Below are positions 19,558 to 29,733 of a stretch of DNA of 64,000 nucleotides, one piece after another (the first letter of the stretch is position 1; the number at the start of each line of letters is the position of its first letter). The stretch comes from an uncultured Gammaproteobacteria bacterium (GTDB taxonomy: Bacteria > Pseudomonadota > Gammaproteobacteria > QNFE01 > CAZPSE01), in the NCBI GenBank assembly GCA_964589575.1, contig CAZPSE010000002.1, positions 19,658-83,657 on the forward strand, given 5' to 3'. The notes below the pieces were generated by a model. It did not search any database. It saw only the letters and a program-made list of their open reading frames with translations, and was not told where the DNA came from. A program made the translations under genes and the position numbers.

Positions 19558-20469
19558 TTAGAAGCTTTGAACTAACTGGACACCAACAAAAGTGCGGTCG
19601 GTTCCTGCTTTGTAATCTACACTAGAAAACATAGGGGTAACTTTGGTTTTTTTAGTGATGTTCATAACATAACCTATAGAGAAACCTGTACCTTCTGCTT
19701 CACGAGCACCGCCTAAGTCTCCACTATTTATACCAACCTGAGCAATAATTGCACCGGCTTTAGCGCCAACATAAATTAATGTTCCGTCTGCAGCACCACG
19801 TTCAATGCTTTCAAAGCTTGCTGTTAATTTAGCAACACCTGCATCAAATGTGCCGTGTACACGTAAACCGGTATCATCAGTAGCAACTTTGTTTAACATT
19901 TGAACACCGGCTGTAAAACCTTTACCAGAAAACTTTGCACCAAAGTTGGTGCCATGTTTCTGACCAGTAGCAACTTCATGCAACATAATACCTGCGTTAT
20001 AGCTAATTGCGCCCGCTTTGCCGTAATAAATAACAGAATTATCTACAAAACCGTTAGTGTCGTTAGATAAACCAAAACTAGAACCGCCATCATTAGCACC
20101 TGCAGACGTGTCGTAGAAAGGATCAAAACCACCGCTTACGCCCGCCATTTTGTATGGGTGAGATAAACGACCGATTTTGACATTACCAAAATCGCCTTTA
20201 ACACCCGCAAAGTAAAAACGACTGCTTAAAGCCGCACCAGCACCATCATTTTGCGCACCCATTTGAATGTGGTAGTAACCTGTTAAACCGTCTTGCTTAG
20301 TAGAACCTTTAATACCAACACGCGATGCGTTGTTAACTAAACCCAAAGTGTCGGCAGTTGCACTTACTTGGCCAACAGAGGCACGAAAGTTACCGTAAAC
20401 GGTAGGGGCTGCAATTGCAGATGTGGTCATGGCTGCTAAAACAGCAACGGCTAATAATTTTTTGTTCAT
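19558..20469 (-). CDS. Outer-membrane porin, paralogue of the adjacent porin
   Basis: Signal peptide MNKKLLAVAVLAAMTTSAIA and a C-terminal LVQSF. Its 5' leader is near-identical to that of the neighbouring porin. Confidence 0.8.
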   Translation of the reverse strand: MNKKLLAVAVLAAMTTSAIAAPTVYGNFRASVGQVSATADTLGLVNNASRVGIKGSTKQDGLTGYYHIQMGAQNDGAGAALSSRFYFAGVKGDFGNVKIGRLSHPYKMAGVSGGFDPFYDTSAGANDGGSSFGLSNDTNGFVDNSVIYYGKAGAISYNAGIMLHEVATGQKHGTNFGAKFSGKGFTAGVQMLNKVATDDTGLRVHGTFDAGVAKLTASFESIERGAADGTLIYVGAKAGAIIAQVGINSGDLGGAREAEGTGFSIGYVMNITKKTKVTPMFSSVDYKAGTDRTFVGVQLVQSF

Positions 20470-21073
20470 TTAATTACTCCTAAGTAATTGTGTATTTATT
20501 GGTTTAGTAACTATGCAAAGCCACATGCATGTAACTATTGTTATTTAGCTACCTTCCCAAGTTTTTATATTAATTCCGGGAATTACTTCTCAAACCTCGA
20601 AAAGTGGCGCAATTTAATCTTAACTTTGCACCCAATACAACTTAAAAAAATCTTTGTGTTGTTTTTTAGTTTTACCGTTGCTGATTAACAACAAAAATAT
20701 AGCCGCATGATTTTAAACAGATAAGTACTTGTTAGATGAATTGTGTTATTTATTTGTAACAACGCTTTAAACAAGCCCAACCATAACACCAAAGGAAAAC
20801 CACCATACCGCAACGGAAGACCACACGTGCATCCCTAAAAGACAGACTTTATAAAACTTTTTTTAAATTTCACTTGTAAAAAAGCGATTAATTTTAAGTC
20901 TTCATAGGGCTAAAATACAACAATAAAACAAACATGTTGCTAAAAAAGAACAGCAAAGAAGTGCAATATAACCTTTCATTTTTAAGGTTATCGTTCATCC
21001 CTTGGCTTTTACTAAAATTTTTATGAAACCTAGATGCTACTTTTAAAAAGTGCAACTATCGTCCTTTTAGCTA

Positions 21074-22339
21074 TTATGAAAACGCCGCTTGTATTATAAA
21101 AAAGAAAATAATGGCTAAAATACCACCCGCTGGCAGGGTAATAATCCAAGACATGAATATAGTGCCAATAACTTTTAAGTTTAATGCGCCAATGCCACGC
21201 GCTAAACCCACACCCAATATTGCACCTACTAATGTATGTGTTGTAGATATTGGTAAACCGGTACCCGATGCAAATACTACGGTGCTGGCAGCCGCTAGCG
21301 TTGCGGCAAACCCACGGCTTGGGGTAAGCTCTGTAATGTTACCACCAACGGTTGCCATTACTTTGTAACCGTACATGGTTAAGCCAACTACTATACCTAT
21401 GCCACCCATTAATAATATCCAAATTGGCATGGCCGATTTTTGCGCCATTTCACCACCGGACTCTACAATGCCAACAATGGCCGCAACAGGACCCACCGCA
21501 TTGGCAACGTCGTTAGAGCCATGTGCAAATGCCATTGCACATGCGGTAAATACCATTAACACGGCAAATATCTTTTCTACGCTGGTAAAGTGAAAGCTGT
21601 CGTTTTCGTGGCTTTTAAAATGCACTTTAGATATTAAGTATTGCCCTACTACCATAGAAACAAGGCCTATCATAAATGCCATACCGTAATTTTGCGCGGT
21701 GCTAAAGTCTAAACCTAGGTGTTTTAGCCCTTTTAGCATGGTCACTAAACCAATCATAAAACCTACTGCAAAAATATAAAAAGGCACGTATCTTTTGGCT
21801 GCGGTTAGTGGGTCTTTGGCATTAAAAATTAAACTTTGAATGCTCATAAAAATACTGTAAGCAATAAAGCCAGATATAACAGGCGATACCACCCAACTCA
21901 TCGCAATGGTGCCAATTTTGTTCCAGTGCACCGCGTCTATACCTATACCCACTACGGCAAAACCAACAATAGCACCAACTATAGAATGCGTGGTAGATAC
22001 CGGCCAACCTTTAAATGAGGCTATCAACAACCAAGTACCTGCCGCTAGTAATGCGGCCAACATACCAAAAACCAATGTTTCTGGCGAGCCGTCTAACGCG
22101 CCGACATCTATAATGCCTTTACGAATAGTATTGGTTACTTGACCACCTGCCAACCATGCGCCTAAAAACTCAAAAATAGCGGCGATGATAATGGCTTGTT
22201 TAATGGTGATAGCTTTAGAGCCTACAGAGGTGGCCATCGCATTGGCAACATCATTTGCACCTATGCCCCATGCCATAAATAGCCCGAAAACGATGGCTAA
22301 ACCAATTAATATTGTTCCGTATTCTGAAATAAATTCCAT
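21074..22339 (-). CDS. pitA: Low-affinity inorganic phosphate transporter (PiT family)
   Basis: 421 aa with duplicated GANDVANA/GSNDVANA signature motifs. Confidence 0.9.
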   Translation of the reverse strand: MEFISEYGTILIGLAIVFGLFMAWGIGANDVANAMATSVGSKAITIKQAIIIAAIFEFLGAWLAGGQVTNTIRKGIIDVGALDGSPETLVFGMLAALLAAGTWLLIASFKGWPVSTTHSIVGAIVGFAVVGIGIDAVHWNKIGTIAMSWVVSPVISGFIAYSIFMSIQSLIFNAKDPLTAAKRYVPFYIFAVGFMIGLVTMLKGLKHLGLDFSTAQNYGMAFMIGLVSMVVGQYLISKVHFKSHENDSFHFTSVEKIFAVLMVFTACAMAFAHGSNDVANAVGPVAAIVGIVESGGEMAQKSAMPIWILLMGGIGIVVGLTMYGYKVMATVGGNITELTPSRGFAATLAAASTVVFASGTGLPISTTHTLVGAILGVGLARGIGALNLKVIGTIFMSWIITLPAGGILAIIFFFIIQAAFS

Positions 22340-22344
22340 AACCT

Positions 22345-23022
22345 TTACCTCGCCAGCATTATTTGTAAACGGCTACCTACTTTTTCTGCAAAGTTGGCTA
22401 AGTCACCTGTGCGTTCTAATAATTTATACAAAAACATAATATCCACGGGTGGCGTTGTGGCTTCTAGTGCCATAATCGAACGCCGTAAACTGGACTCTAA
22501 ATTATCCGTTTCAGACTCTATCGAGTCTAACTTAACTAACAGTTTTTCTACCAAGGTGACTTCTCTGCCTTTAAAACCGGCCTCTACCAACTCGTCTAAC
22601 TCTTCTATGGCTAAAAAGGCTTGTTTGCACGCGTCTACACAACGCTGACAAAAAGCTTTATAAGTAACATGTATACATGCTGGTAAAACCATGTTTCTGT
22701 CTACCACTATGCTACTAATGTCTTTGGCTCTGTTGGCAATTTTATCTTGCATTAAAAGCACTTCTAATAAGTCGCGACGAGAAACTGGCATAAACAAGCT
22801 ATCTGGCAAGTGCGCTCTTAGCTCGTGCTTTAGGTGATCCGCTTCACCTTCTAAACGAACAATATTAGTACGGCATTTTTTAATGGCTGCTTCATTTTGT
22901 TCAATTACCGCATCAACAAAGGGAATCATTTCTTCGGCACATTCAATCACTTTTGCCATGTGCGTTTGCATAGGCATAAAGGGGGAGTTGCCAAATATTT
23001 TTGTCATGTAACTACTAACCAT
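22345..23022 (-). CDS. DUF47 / TIGR00153 (YkaA-type, PhoU-like) Pit accessory protein
   Basis: 225 aa helical protein immediately upstream of pitA. Confidence 0.75.
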   Translation of the reverse strand: MVSSYMTKIFGNSPFMPMQTHMAKVIECAEEMIPFVDAVIEQNEAAIKKCRTNIVRLEGEADHLKHELRAHLPDSLFMPVSRRDLLEVLLMQDKIANRAKDISSIVVDRNMVLPACIHVTYKAFCQRCVDACKQAFLAIEELDELVEAGFKGREVTLVEKLLVKLDSIESETDNLESSLRRSIMALEATTPPVDIMFLYKLLERTGDLANFAEKVGSRLQIMLAR

Positions 23023-23026
23023 AATT

Positions 23027-24364
23027 TTACTTCTCTATTAAATTAGAAAATACTTTCGCTTTATCTTGCATTTCTTGATATTCGGACTGTACATCCGAGT
23101 CATTTACCACTGCGCCACCCGCCCAAAAATTTAACGTGTTATTTTTGTGTACGGCGGTTCGAATCGCGATATTACTTAACATTACACGTTTTGTCATGTA
23201 AAAAATGCTGCCGCAATACAGTTCTCTGTTATCTGTCTCTAATTCGTCAATAATTTGCATGGCTCTTTTTTTAGGTGCGCCCGTTACAGAGCCACCTGGA
23301 AAGCAACTTTTTAATAGCGACAATGCATTTTCTTTAACAGCCAGCACACCTTCAATTTTGCTTTGCATATGATGAACATAGCGGTAACTGCTTATAGTGA
23401 ATAATTCGGTCACTTTTATCGACCCCTTGCTACAAACTTGGCCTAAATCATTACGCATTAAATCTACAATCATGAGGTTTTCTGCTTGGTCTTTTTTACT
23501 CTTTATAAGTAACTGTTTAGATTTTTCATCCAAAACCTTATTTTTATAGCGTTTACTGGTGCCTTTAATTGGGTATGTTTTAACTGTTTGTTTTTGTAAA
23601 GACAAAAAACATTCGGGTGAAAAGCTTAATACCTTAAATTGCGGATAATGCATAAACGCACCAAAAGACACATTATTTTGTTTTTTTAGTTTTTTATAAA
23701 TGGCATAGGCACTGCCCTTTACTTGGTAACTAAATTTTTGTGCATAGTTAACTTGGTAGCAATCTCCATTGACCAAGTATTGCTTAATTTTATTAAACGC
23801 TTTTAAGTAATGCGGGTAGTTATTTTGACCGTCACTGTTGTTTTTTATTTGTACATTTTTTGTTGTTTGTTTTACATCACCGGTAAAACATTTTTGCCAC
23901 TGGGTTAAGTCATACGTATCGTCCCAACTTAATAAACAGGTCGTTTTGTTTAAGTGGTCGGTAAGTAAACACCATTGATACAAACCCGCCATAATTAACG
24001 GTAGGGTGTTATTTTTTTTTGCAGGCTTGTAGGTGGTACTGCCTAAAGCATAAGATAAGTAACCCAAAACGCCCCCAGCAAAGGTATTAGGCAAATCATT
24101 TGGCAGGGTTTTTTGCATAAAAGCCAAGGCATCAAACCCATCTTCACTTTCAAAAACAATGTTATTCGCCTCTAAAACACGGGCGTTATTATTTTCATAA
24201 ACCAGCTTTTGCAAGGGTTCTGCGGTAATAATGTCGTAACGGCCATTTTCTAAAACGGTTTGTCCTTTGTGTCCACTGTCCAACAAAATTGCCCAATCTT
24301 TACTATGAATACAATCAAAATAAGCAAGCGGAGACAATTGGTAAGTTAAGGGGATTTTTTGCAT
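23027..24364 (-). CDS. pabB: Chorismate-binding enzyme, probably aminodeoxychorismate synthase component I
   Basis: 445 aa. C-terminal PGGSVTGAPKKRAMQIIDELE motif of the TrpE/PabB family. Length matches PabB. Confidence 0.7.
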   Translation of the reverse strand: MQKIPLTYQLSPLAYFDCIHSKDWAILLDSGHKGQTVLENGRYDIITAEPLQKLVYENNNARVLEANNIVFESEDGFDALAFMQKTLPNDLPNTFAGGVLGYLSYALGSTTYKPAKKNNTLPLIMAGLYQWCLLTDHLNKTTCLLSWDDTYDLTQWQKCFTGDVKQTTKNVQIKNNSDGQNNYPHYLKAFNKIKQYLVNGDCYQVNYAQKFSYQVKGSAYAIYKKLKKQNNVSFGAFMHYPQFKVLSFSPECFLSLQKQTVKTYPIKGTSKRYKNKVLDEKSKQLLIKSKKDQAENLMIVDLMRNDLGQVCSKGSIKVTELFTISSYRYVHHMQSKIEGVLAVKENALSLLKSCFPGGSVTGAPKKRAMQIIDELETDNRELYCGSIFYMTKRVMLSNIAIRTAVHKNNTLNFWAGGAVVNDSDVQSEYQEMQDKAKVFSNLIEK

Positions 24365-24481
24365 ATTAAAGACAAAGCACTACAATAAATTAACTACGTA
24401 GCTTGGGTTTTAAAAGTGACAAAAGAAAGGTAATTATATATCATTAGCGCGTTTTATCCCTTCTCTATTAATAGAGGGCTT

Positions 24482-24824
24482 TTAAGGAAGACCTGATTAA
24501 CTGGGCTTTCAAACTATTAGCGTTAAGCATTGCTCGTTTTGGTGCTTTTTCAAAACTAGCGAGGCTTACAAGCGGCAAGCGATAACGTTATCTGCTAATG
24601 CTCCAATAGCCCGCTTGATACTAATTTGTATGGAACAAATTGGGGAGCGATAGCGACGTGCGTAGCACCGAGGGTAGGATACCCGTAGCAACTAAGCCTT
24701 GCTAGTTCACGATAAAGCTGTGAACAAGCAAGGCTTAGCGCTATTAGTATCATTCCAATGCTTATGCACTGACCGAGGTTAAATTTTTAACCATGCTTTA
24801 GCCCGTTAATCAGGTCTTCCTTAA
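24482..24824. mobile_element. MITE-like repeat, copy 3 (343 bp, most complete). TIRs are TTAAGGAAGACCTGATTAACTGG and CCGTTAATCAGGTCTTCCTTAA.
   Basis: Both TIRs are present. Contains all three internal modules: the CAAAACTAGCGAGGC hairpin, the GGGGAGCGATAGCGACGTG module and the GTTCAC/GTGAAC stem-loop. Orientation is inverted relative to copy 1. Confidence 0.8.
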
Positions 24825-24850
24825 TTGTTAGCAAACTAGAGACTTAAACT

Positions 24851-25405
24851 ATGCCCAGCACTGTATCACTTAACCCTTCAATTAAAACCATTGGCATACT
24901 TTCCGACAGTCATGGCTTTCTTGATAGTCGCATCCTTAATGCTTTAAAAAATGTCGATGTGATTTTGCACGCAGGTGACATTATGGACAAATCCGTAATG
25001 GAACAATTATTAGCCATCAATGCCAATGTTTATTTTGTTACAGGCAATAACGACGTTGAAGCCGTTTGGCCAAAAAAACACGCATCGGTTGTTAAAGCCA
25101 TACCAGAAAGCATTGTGTTTACTATCGGTTTAGACAAAATTGGCATTATCCACGGCCACCAATTTGGTAAACAAAAGCCAGACCATAACCGCATTAGAGA
25201 ACACTTTGCAGAGTGCCGAATGGCCATTTATGGTCACACACATCACCAAACAATAGACACATTGGCACAACCTTGGGTAATAAACCCCGGTGCCAGCGGT
25301 AACGTTAGAACCCACGGTGGCGTATCTTGCTTATTGCTAAGCTTAAAAAAAGACCATTGGGACGTACAAACCATTAAGTATAAAGACCAAAAAATAGCCG
25401 CCTAA
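24851..25405 (+). CDS. Metallophosphoesterase (YfcE/MJ0936-like)
   Basis: Motifs LSDSHG, HAGDI, GNND, HGH and GHTH. Confidence 0.8.
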   Translation: MPSTVSLNPSIKTIGILSDSHGFLDSRILNALKNVDVILHAGDIMDKSVMEQLLAINANVYFVTGNNDVEAVWPKKHASVVKAIPESIVFTIGLDKIGIIHGHQFGKQKPDHNRIREHFAECRMAIYGHTHHQTIDTLAQPWVINPGASGNVRTHGGVSCLLLSLKKDHWDVQTIKYKDQKIAA

Positions 25406-25410
25406 ACTAA

Positions 25411-25485
25411 GCAAGGGGTCGCACGCATAATGCTCCAAGCAATTCTGTGTACCTTGCCTACATGGAAGTAGGTACACCTGAATGC
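25411..25485 (-). repeat. Family-B hairpin repeat, copy 2 (reverse orientation)
   Basis: The reverse complement matches 14879-14938. Confidence 0.7.
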
Positions 25486-25525
25486 AGGATGCATAAAGAA
25501 GGTGACAATCCTTGTAGGCAACGAT

Positions 25526-26080
25526 TTAAGCCTTTTTTTGACTGGCTAAATAATCTTTAACCAAGTAAGCCGCCGCAATCGATCTTGCCTCGGTACACTC
25601 TGGGTGGTTTAACCAGCCCTGTATATCGTCCAATCTCCATTTAACCAGCTCTAAAGGTTCTGGCTCATCACCTATCGCCTCTTGCGGGTACAAACCTTGC
25701 GCTAAAATAATGTGTGTTATATGCCCAAAGTACCCCGGCGCGATAGAGACCGACTTAATAAGTGTGCATTTTTTGGCAGCAAAACCAATCTCTTCTGCCA
25801 GCTCTCTATTGGCCGCGTCCAACTTATCTTCGCCTTTTTCTATTTTACCCTTAGGAAAACATAATTCGTATCGCTCTACACCGCCAGAATATTCGCGCAC
25901 TAAATAAAAATGCTCATCATCTGGCATCGCCACCACCAAAACAGCACCTACGCCTCCGCTAGCTAATCGTTCGTATGTACGTTCTACACCGTTAGAAAAG
26001 CGTAAATCCATTTGCTCTACCTTAAACAGTTTACTTTGTGCAACCACTTGGGTTTTTAATATTTTAGGAGGGGAGTTCAT
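25526..26080 (-). CDS. NUDIX hydrolase (ADP-ribose pyrophosphatase-like)
   Basis: Nudix box GKIEKGEDKLDAANRELAEEIGF. Confidence 0.8.
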   Translation of the reverse strand: MNSPPKILKTQVVAQSKLFKVEQMDLRFSNGVERTYERLASGGVGAVLVVAMPDDEHFYLVREYSGGVERYELCFPKGKIEKGEDKLDAANRELAEEIGFAAKKCTLIKSVSIAPGYFGHITHIILAQGLYPQEAIGDEPEPLELVKWRLDDIQGWLNHPECTEARSIAAAYLVKDYLASQKKA

Positions 26081-26084
26081 TTGC

Positions 26085-26582
26085 TTATTTTTTCACTTTA
26101 AGTTTTTTAATGGCCTGCTGTTTATTTTTAATGTCATCTCGTGACTTTTTAATCTTCTTTTTTATTTTCAATTTCAACAACCCTATTTCTACTTTTTTTA
26201 GCCGTTTAAATTCTTGCACGCTATGCACTGAGCGACGATGACGCTCTACCGACTTTATTTTTTTTAGCTTTTCTTGTAAGGTTTTTTTAAGCGTAACAAT
26301 GTTTTTTTTGTTGGCCGTTATTTCCCTTTTATACAGCCTTATTAGCCGAGAAGCCTCTAACGTTTTACTGTAATGCTCAACTTTTAAGTTTCGTTCATTT
26401 GCCGTTTCAGTATCATCATTGACCAGCAGCTTTTGCGTTTTTAGTTGCATTGCCTTAGCATTATCATCACAAGGCCACTGGCTAAACGTCAGCTTGCCAT
26501 TTTCTTCACACTTATAAATACTCGCCACAGACATTTGACTTAATAAACCTGCAACAATTAACACAATATATAAATTCATCAA
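26085..26582 (-). CDS. Secreted DUF4124-like protein with a Lys-rich coiled-coil tail
   Basis: Signal peptide followed by YKCEENGKLTFSQWPCDD (DUF4124-type), then a K-rich C-terminus. Confidence 0.5.
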   Translation of the reverse strand: MMNLYIVLIVAGLLSQMSVASIYKCEENGKLTFSQWPCDDNAKAMQLKTQKLLVNDDTETANERNLKVEHYSKTLEASRLIRLYKREITANKKNIVTLKKTLQEKLKKIKSVERHRRSVHSVQEFKRLKKVEIGLLKLKIKKKIKKSRDDIKNKQQAIKKLKVKK

Positions 26583-26636
26583 ATAATTTTAAAACTTTTT
26601 AATCCTAAAATCTCACCTATTTTTTTCAATCACTAT

Positions 26637-26689
26637 TTTCAATAGGGTCAGAGTAATTGATTTTATCAATTACTCTGACCCTATTGAAA
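26637..26689. promoter_or_regulatory. Perfect palindrome with 25-bp arms, TTTCAATAGGGTCAGAGTAATTGAT-ttt-ATCAATTACTCTGACCCTATTGAAA, in the divergent DUF4124 / deaD intergenic region
   Basis: Seen in sequence. A 27-nt half-copy occurs at 17372-17398. Confidence 0.6.
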
Positions 26690-26776
26690 ATGGCACAAGA
26701 TAAGTATATTAAAGTTTTCTAACATAGATTATTGCAAACCTTTATAATGCGCGATTGCCTGCATTTTGAGCCACCC

Positions 26777-28753
26777 ATGTCCGAAAACACCTCCACTTTA
26801 AGTTTTGATGATTTAAACTTATCAGAATCTTTATTAGCTGCGATTAAGGACATCGGCTACGAAACTCCATCATCAATTCAGGCAGAAATGATTCCGCATA
26901 TGCTTGAAGGCCGTGATGTTATAGGCCAAGCACAAACCGGTACAGGTAAAACAGCAGCATTTGCTTTGCCTGTTTTAGACCGGATTGATTTAAAACAAAA
27001 AAACCCACAAGTTATGGTGCTTACGCCAACGCGTGAGTTAGCCATACAGGTTGCAGAAGCTTTTCAAAAGTACGCTTCACACATGAAAGGTTTTCACGTG
27101 CTGCCAATTTACGGTGGTCAGTCTTACACTATTCAATTACGCCCATTAGCCCGTGGCGTACATGTTGTGGTGGGTACACCTGGGCGTGTAATGGATCACA
27201 TTCGTAAAAAATCTTTAAACCTTAGCGGCTTAAAGACCCTTATTTTAGATGAAGCTGACGAAATGTTACGCATGGGCTTTATTGATGATGTCGAATGGAT
27301 ACTCGAACAAACACCAGAACAACGCCAAATTGCTTTATTTTCTGCCACTATGCCAAAAGCGGTGCATAAAATTGCGCAAAACTATTTGACCAACGCAGTC
27401 GAAATAAAAATAAAAACTAAAACCACAACAGTAACGACTATTACCCAACGATACTGGAAAGTAAGTGGCTTACACAAACTGGATGCACTAACGCGCATAC
27501 TAGAAGCAGAAGAAACCGACGGTGTTATTATTTTTGTTCGCACCAAAAATTCTACCGTTGAGCTGGCCGAAAAACTAGAAGCCCGCGGTTATGCCAGCGC
27601 TGCCATTAATGGCGACTTGGTACAAAAACAACGTGAAGTCACCATTGAGCGATTAAAAAATGGCCGTTTAGATATATTAATAGCAACAGACGTAGCCGCA
27701 CGTGGTTTAGATGTACCAAGAATTAGCCACGTAATAAACTACGACGTGCCACACGATGTAGAATCTTACACCCATCGTATTGGTCGTACTGGGCGTGCAG
27801 GTCGTAAAGGTGATGCTATTTTATTTGTCGCACCGCGTGAAATGCGCATGCTAAAAAGCATAGAGCGCGCAACCAAACAACCCATCGCCTTATTAGAACT
27901 GCCAACAACCGAAGTGATTAACGACAAACGTATTGCTAATTTCTGTCAAAAAATTACCGATACCCTAGCCGAAGAAGGTTTGGAGTTTTACCAAAAAATA
28001 CTCGCAAATTACGAGCAAGAACATAATATCCCCGCCATAGAAATGGCCGCCGCTTTAGCTAAAATTGCCCAGGGTGATACCCCATTATTATTGAGTAAAC
28101 GCCCACCAAAACGTGAAATACCCGACCACGAAAGAGGCCGTCAACGTGACCGTTTTGACAACGACAGACCGTCTCGCAACGAAAAAAACCGAGAGCGTAG
28201 CCGTGATAGAGACAAAAAACCACCCAGAGATGACAACGGTGCAGAAGCAGGGCAACAGCGTTACCGCTTAGAAGTAGGCCACAATAACGGCGTAAAACCG
28301 GGCAACATTGTAGGTGCAATCGCTAACGAAGCCGGTGTAGACAGCGCCGACATGGGGCGCATAATCATTCACGAAAGTTACAGCACCATAGACTTGCCCG
28401 AGGGCATGCCTAAAAACGTATTTAACGACCTTAAAAAAGTATGGGTGTGTGATACCAAATTAAATATATCGTTAGTAAAAGATTTTGGCAAAGGTGGCGA
28501 CAGCAAACCACAGCGTTCTCGTAGCCGAGATGATGATAAAAAGCCACAAGGCTCACGCGGACGAGGCGGAGACAGTAAACCTCAACGCTCTCGAGTTAAA
28601 ACTGATGGCGACAACCGTAAAAGCAGACCCGCACCAGATAAAGGCAAAGCACGCGCCGAAGGTACGGCAAAACCGTCTAGCAAGCGCAACCCAGATGGTT
28701 CTAAAAAACGCGCTAAAAAGCAAAAAGCCACAAAGAAAAAACGTTCTGATTAA
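26777..28753 (+). CDS. deaD: ATP-dependent DEAD-box RNA helicase DeaD/CsdA with an Arg/Asp/Lys-rich C-terminal extension
   Basis: Q-motif, motif I (AQTGTGKT), DEAD, SAT and HRIGRTGRAG motifs. The ORF track begins at 26732 but the MSENTST start at 26777 is more plausible. Confidence 0.9.
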   Translation: MSENTSTLSFDDLNLSESLLAAIKDIGYETPSSIQAEMIPHMLEGRDVIGQAQTGTGKTAAFALPVLDRIDLKQKNPQVMVLTPTRELAIQVAEAFQKYASHMKGFHVLPIYGGQSYTIQLRPLARGVHVVVGTPGRVMDHIRKKSLNLSGLKTLILDEADEMLRMGFIDDVEWILEQTPEQRQIALFSATMPKAVHKIAQNYLTNAVEIKIKTKTTTVTTITQRYWKVSGLHKLDALTRILEAEETDGVIIFVRTKNSTVELAEKLEARGYASAAINGDLVQKQREVTIERLKNGRLDILIATDVAARGLDVPRISHVINYDVPHDVESYTHRIGRTGRAGRKGDAILFVAPREMRMLKSIERATKQPIALLELPTTEVINDKRIANFCQKITDTLAEEGLEFYQKILANYEQEHNIPAIEMAAALAKIAQGDTPLLLSKRPPKREIPDHERGRQRDRFDNDRPSRNEKNRERSRDRDKKPPRDDNGAEAGQQRYRLEVGHNNGVKPGNIVGAIANEAGVDSADMGRIIIHESYSTIDLPEGMPKNVFNDLKKVWVCDTKLNISLVKDFGKGGDSKPQRSRSRDDDKKPQGSRGRGGDSKPQRSRVKTDGDNRKSRPAPDKGKARAEGTAKPSSKRNPDGSKKRAKKQKATKKKRSD

Positions 28754-28860
28754 AAACCCAAACCCTATTAGTTAAGAAGCCTCGTGTTCCCTCGTTTTAC
28801 GTGGGAATACTTAAACCAATTACCGCGCCATACCAACCCTGCATAAATTATCTACATACC

Positions 28861-28943
28861 GTTACGAGCCTTGCTCGTGTCGGCATACTTCTACCACTAA
28901 CAATAAATTTTGCAAAACGACACGAGCAAGGCTCGTAACGTTT
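28861..28943. repeat. Long hairpin CGTTACGAGCCTTGCTCGTGTCG-(37 nt)-CGACACGAGCAAGGCTCGTAACG between the convergent deaD and comF genes
   Basis: Seen in sequence; 23-bp perfect arms. Confidence 0.6.
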
Positions 28944-29654
28944 TTATTTGGCTGTTCTGGCAAACGTTAAAACAATTACTTGTTCTGCACCGGCTTTTTT
29001 TAAAACGCGCGCCACTTCGTTAGCGGTAGATGCGGTGGTGACGACATCGTCTATTAATAACACTCTTTTGGGTACCGCTTTTCCTTTTACTGCAAACGCA
29101 TTACGTATATTGCTGATTCTTTTTTTGCGTGTTAAACCTACTTGATTGTCTGACCATTTCACTCTTTCTAAACCTACGTCGGTTAGCGGATAGCTTGCCT
29201 GCGTACAAAATTGTTTTGCAATTAAGTAACTTTGGTTAAAACCACGCTGTCTTTTTTTTAGCGGATGCGTTGGTACGTAGGTGACCGCATCAATACAGCT
29301 GTGCCCTGTTTGTTGCCAGTATTGATACATTAACTGCGCCATTACTTTTGCTGCCGCTAATTTTTGATTATTTTTTAATTGATTAACTAAACTTTTTGCG
29401 CTGTCTTTGTATAAAGTACAAGCCACAACATTATCAAAATAAGGCCGTTTTTTTAAACAGTGTCCGCACAAACCATCACTGGCTTGTTCAAACGGTTCTG
29501 CACATAAATGGCAAGCGCGTTTTATTGGTTTTATGCTGTCAAAACAGCTTTTGCATAAATCCATTTGCGTTAATCCTTTTGCTGAACACAGTACACACGT
29601 TGCTGGCAATAAAAAATATTGTGCGTTTGTTAACCATTGGTTTAGTTTTTTCAT
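28944..29654 (-). CDS. comF: ComF/GntX-family phosphoribosyltransferase-like competence protein
   Basis: N-terminal Cys-rich zinc-finger-like region and a C-terminal PRTase motif (VLLIDDVVTTASTANE). Confidence 0.75.
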   Translation of the reverse strand: MKKLNQWLTNAQYFLLPATCVLCSAKGLTQMDLCKSCFDSIKPIKRACHLCAEPFEQASDGLCGHCLKKRPYFDNVVACTLYKDSAKSLVNQLKNNQKLAAAKVMAQLMYQYWQQTGHSCIDAVTYVPTHPLKKRQRGFNQSYLIAKQFCTQASYPLTDVGLERVKWSDNQVGLTRKKRISNIRNAFAVKGKAVPKRVLLIDDVVTTASTANEVARVLKKAGAEQVIVLTFARTAK

Positions 29655-29733
29655 CTAAATTATCCATAATGTTATTCAGTTAAACTATAATGCCCCAAAC
29701 TGACCCTATATTTTAAAACAAACTCAAAAAAAC

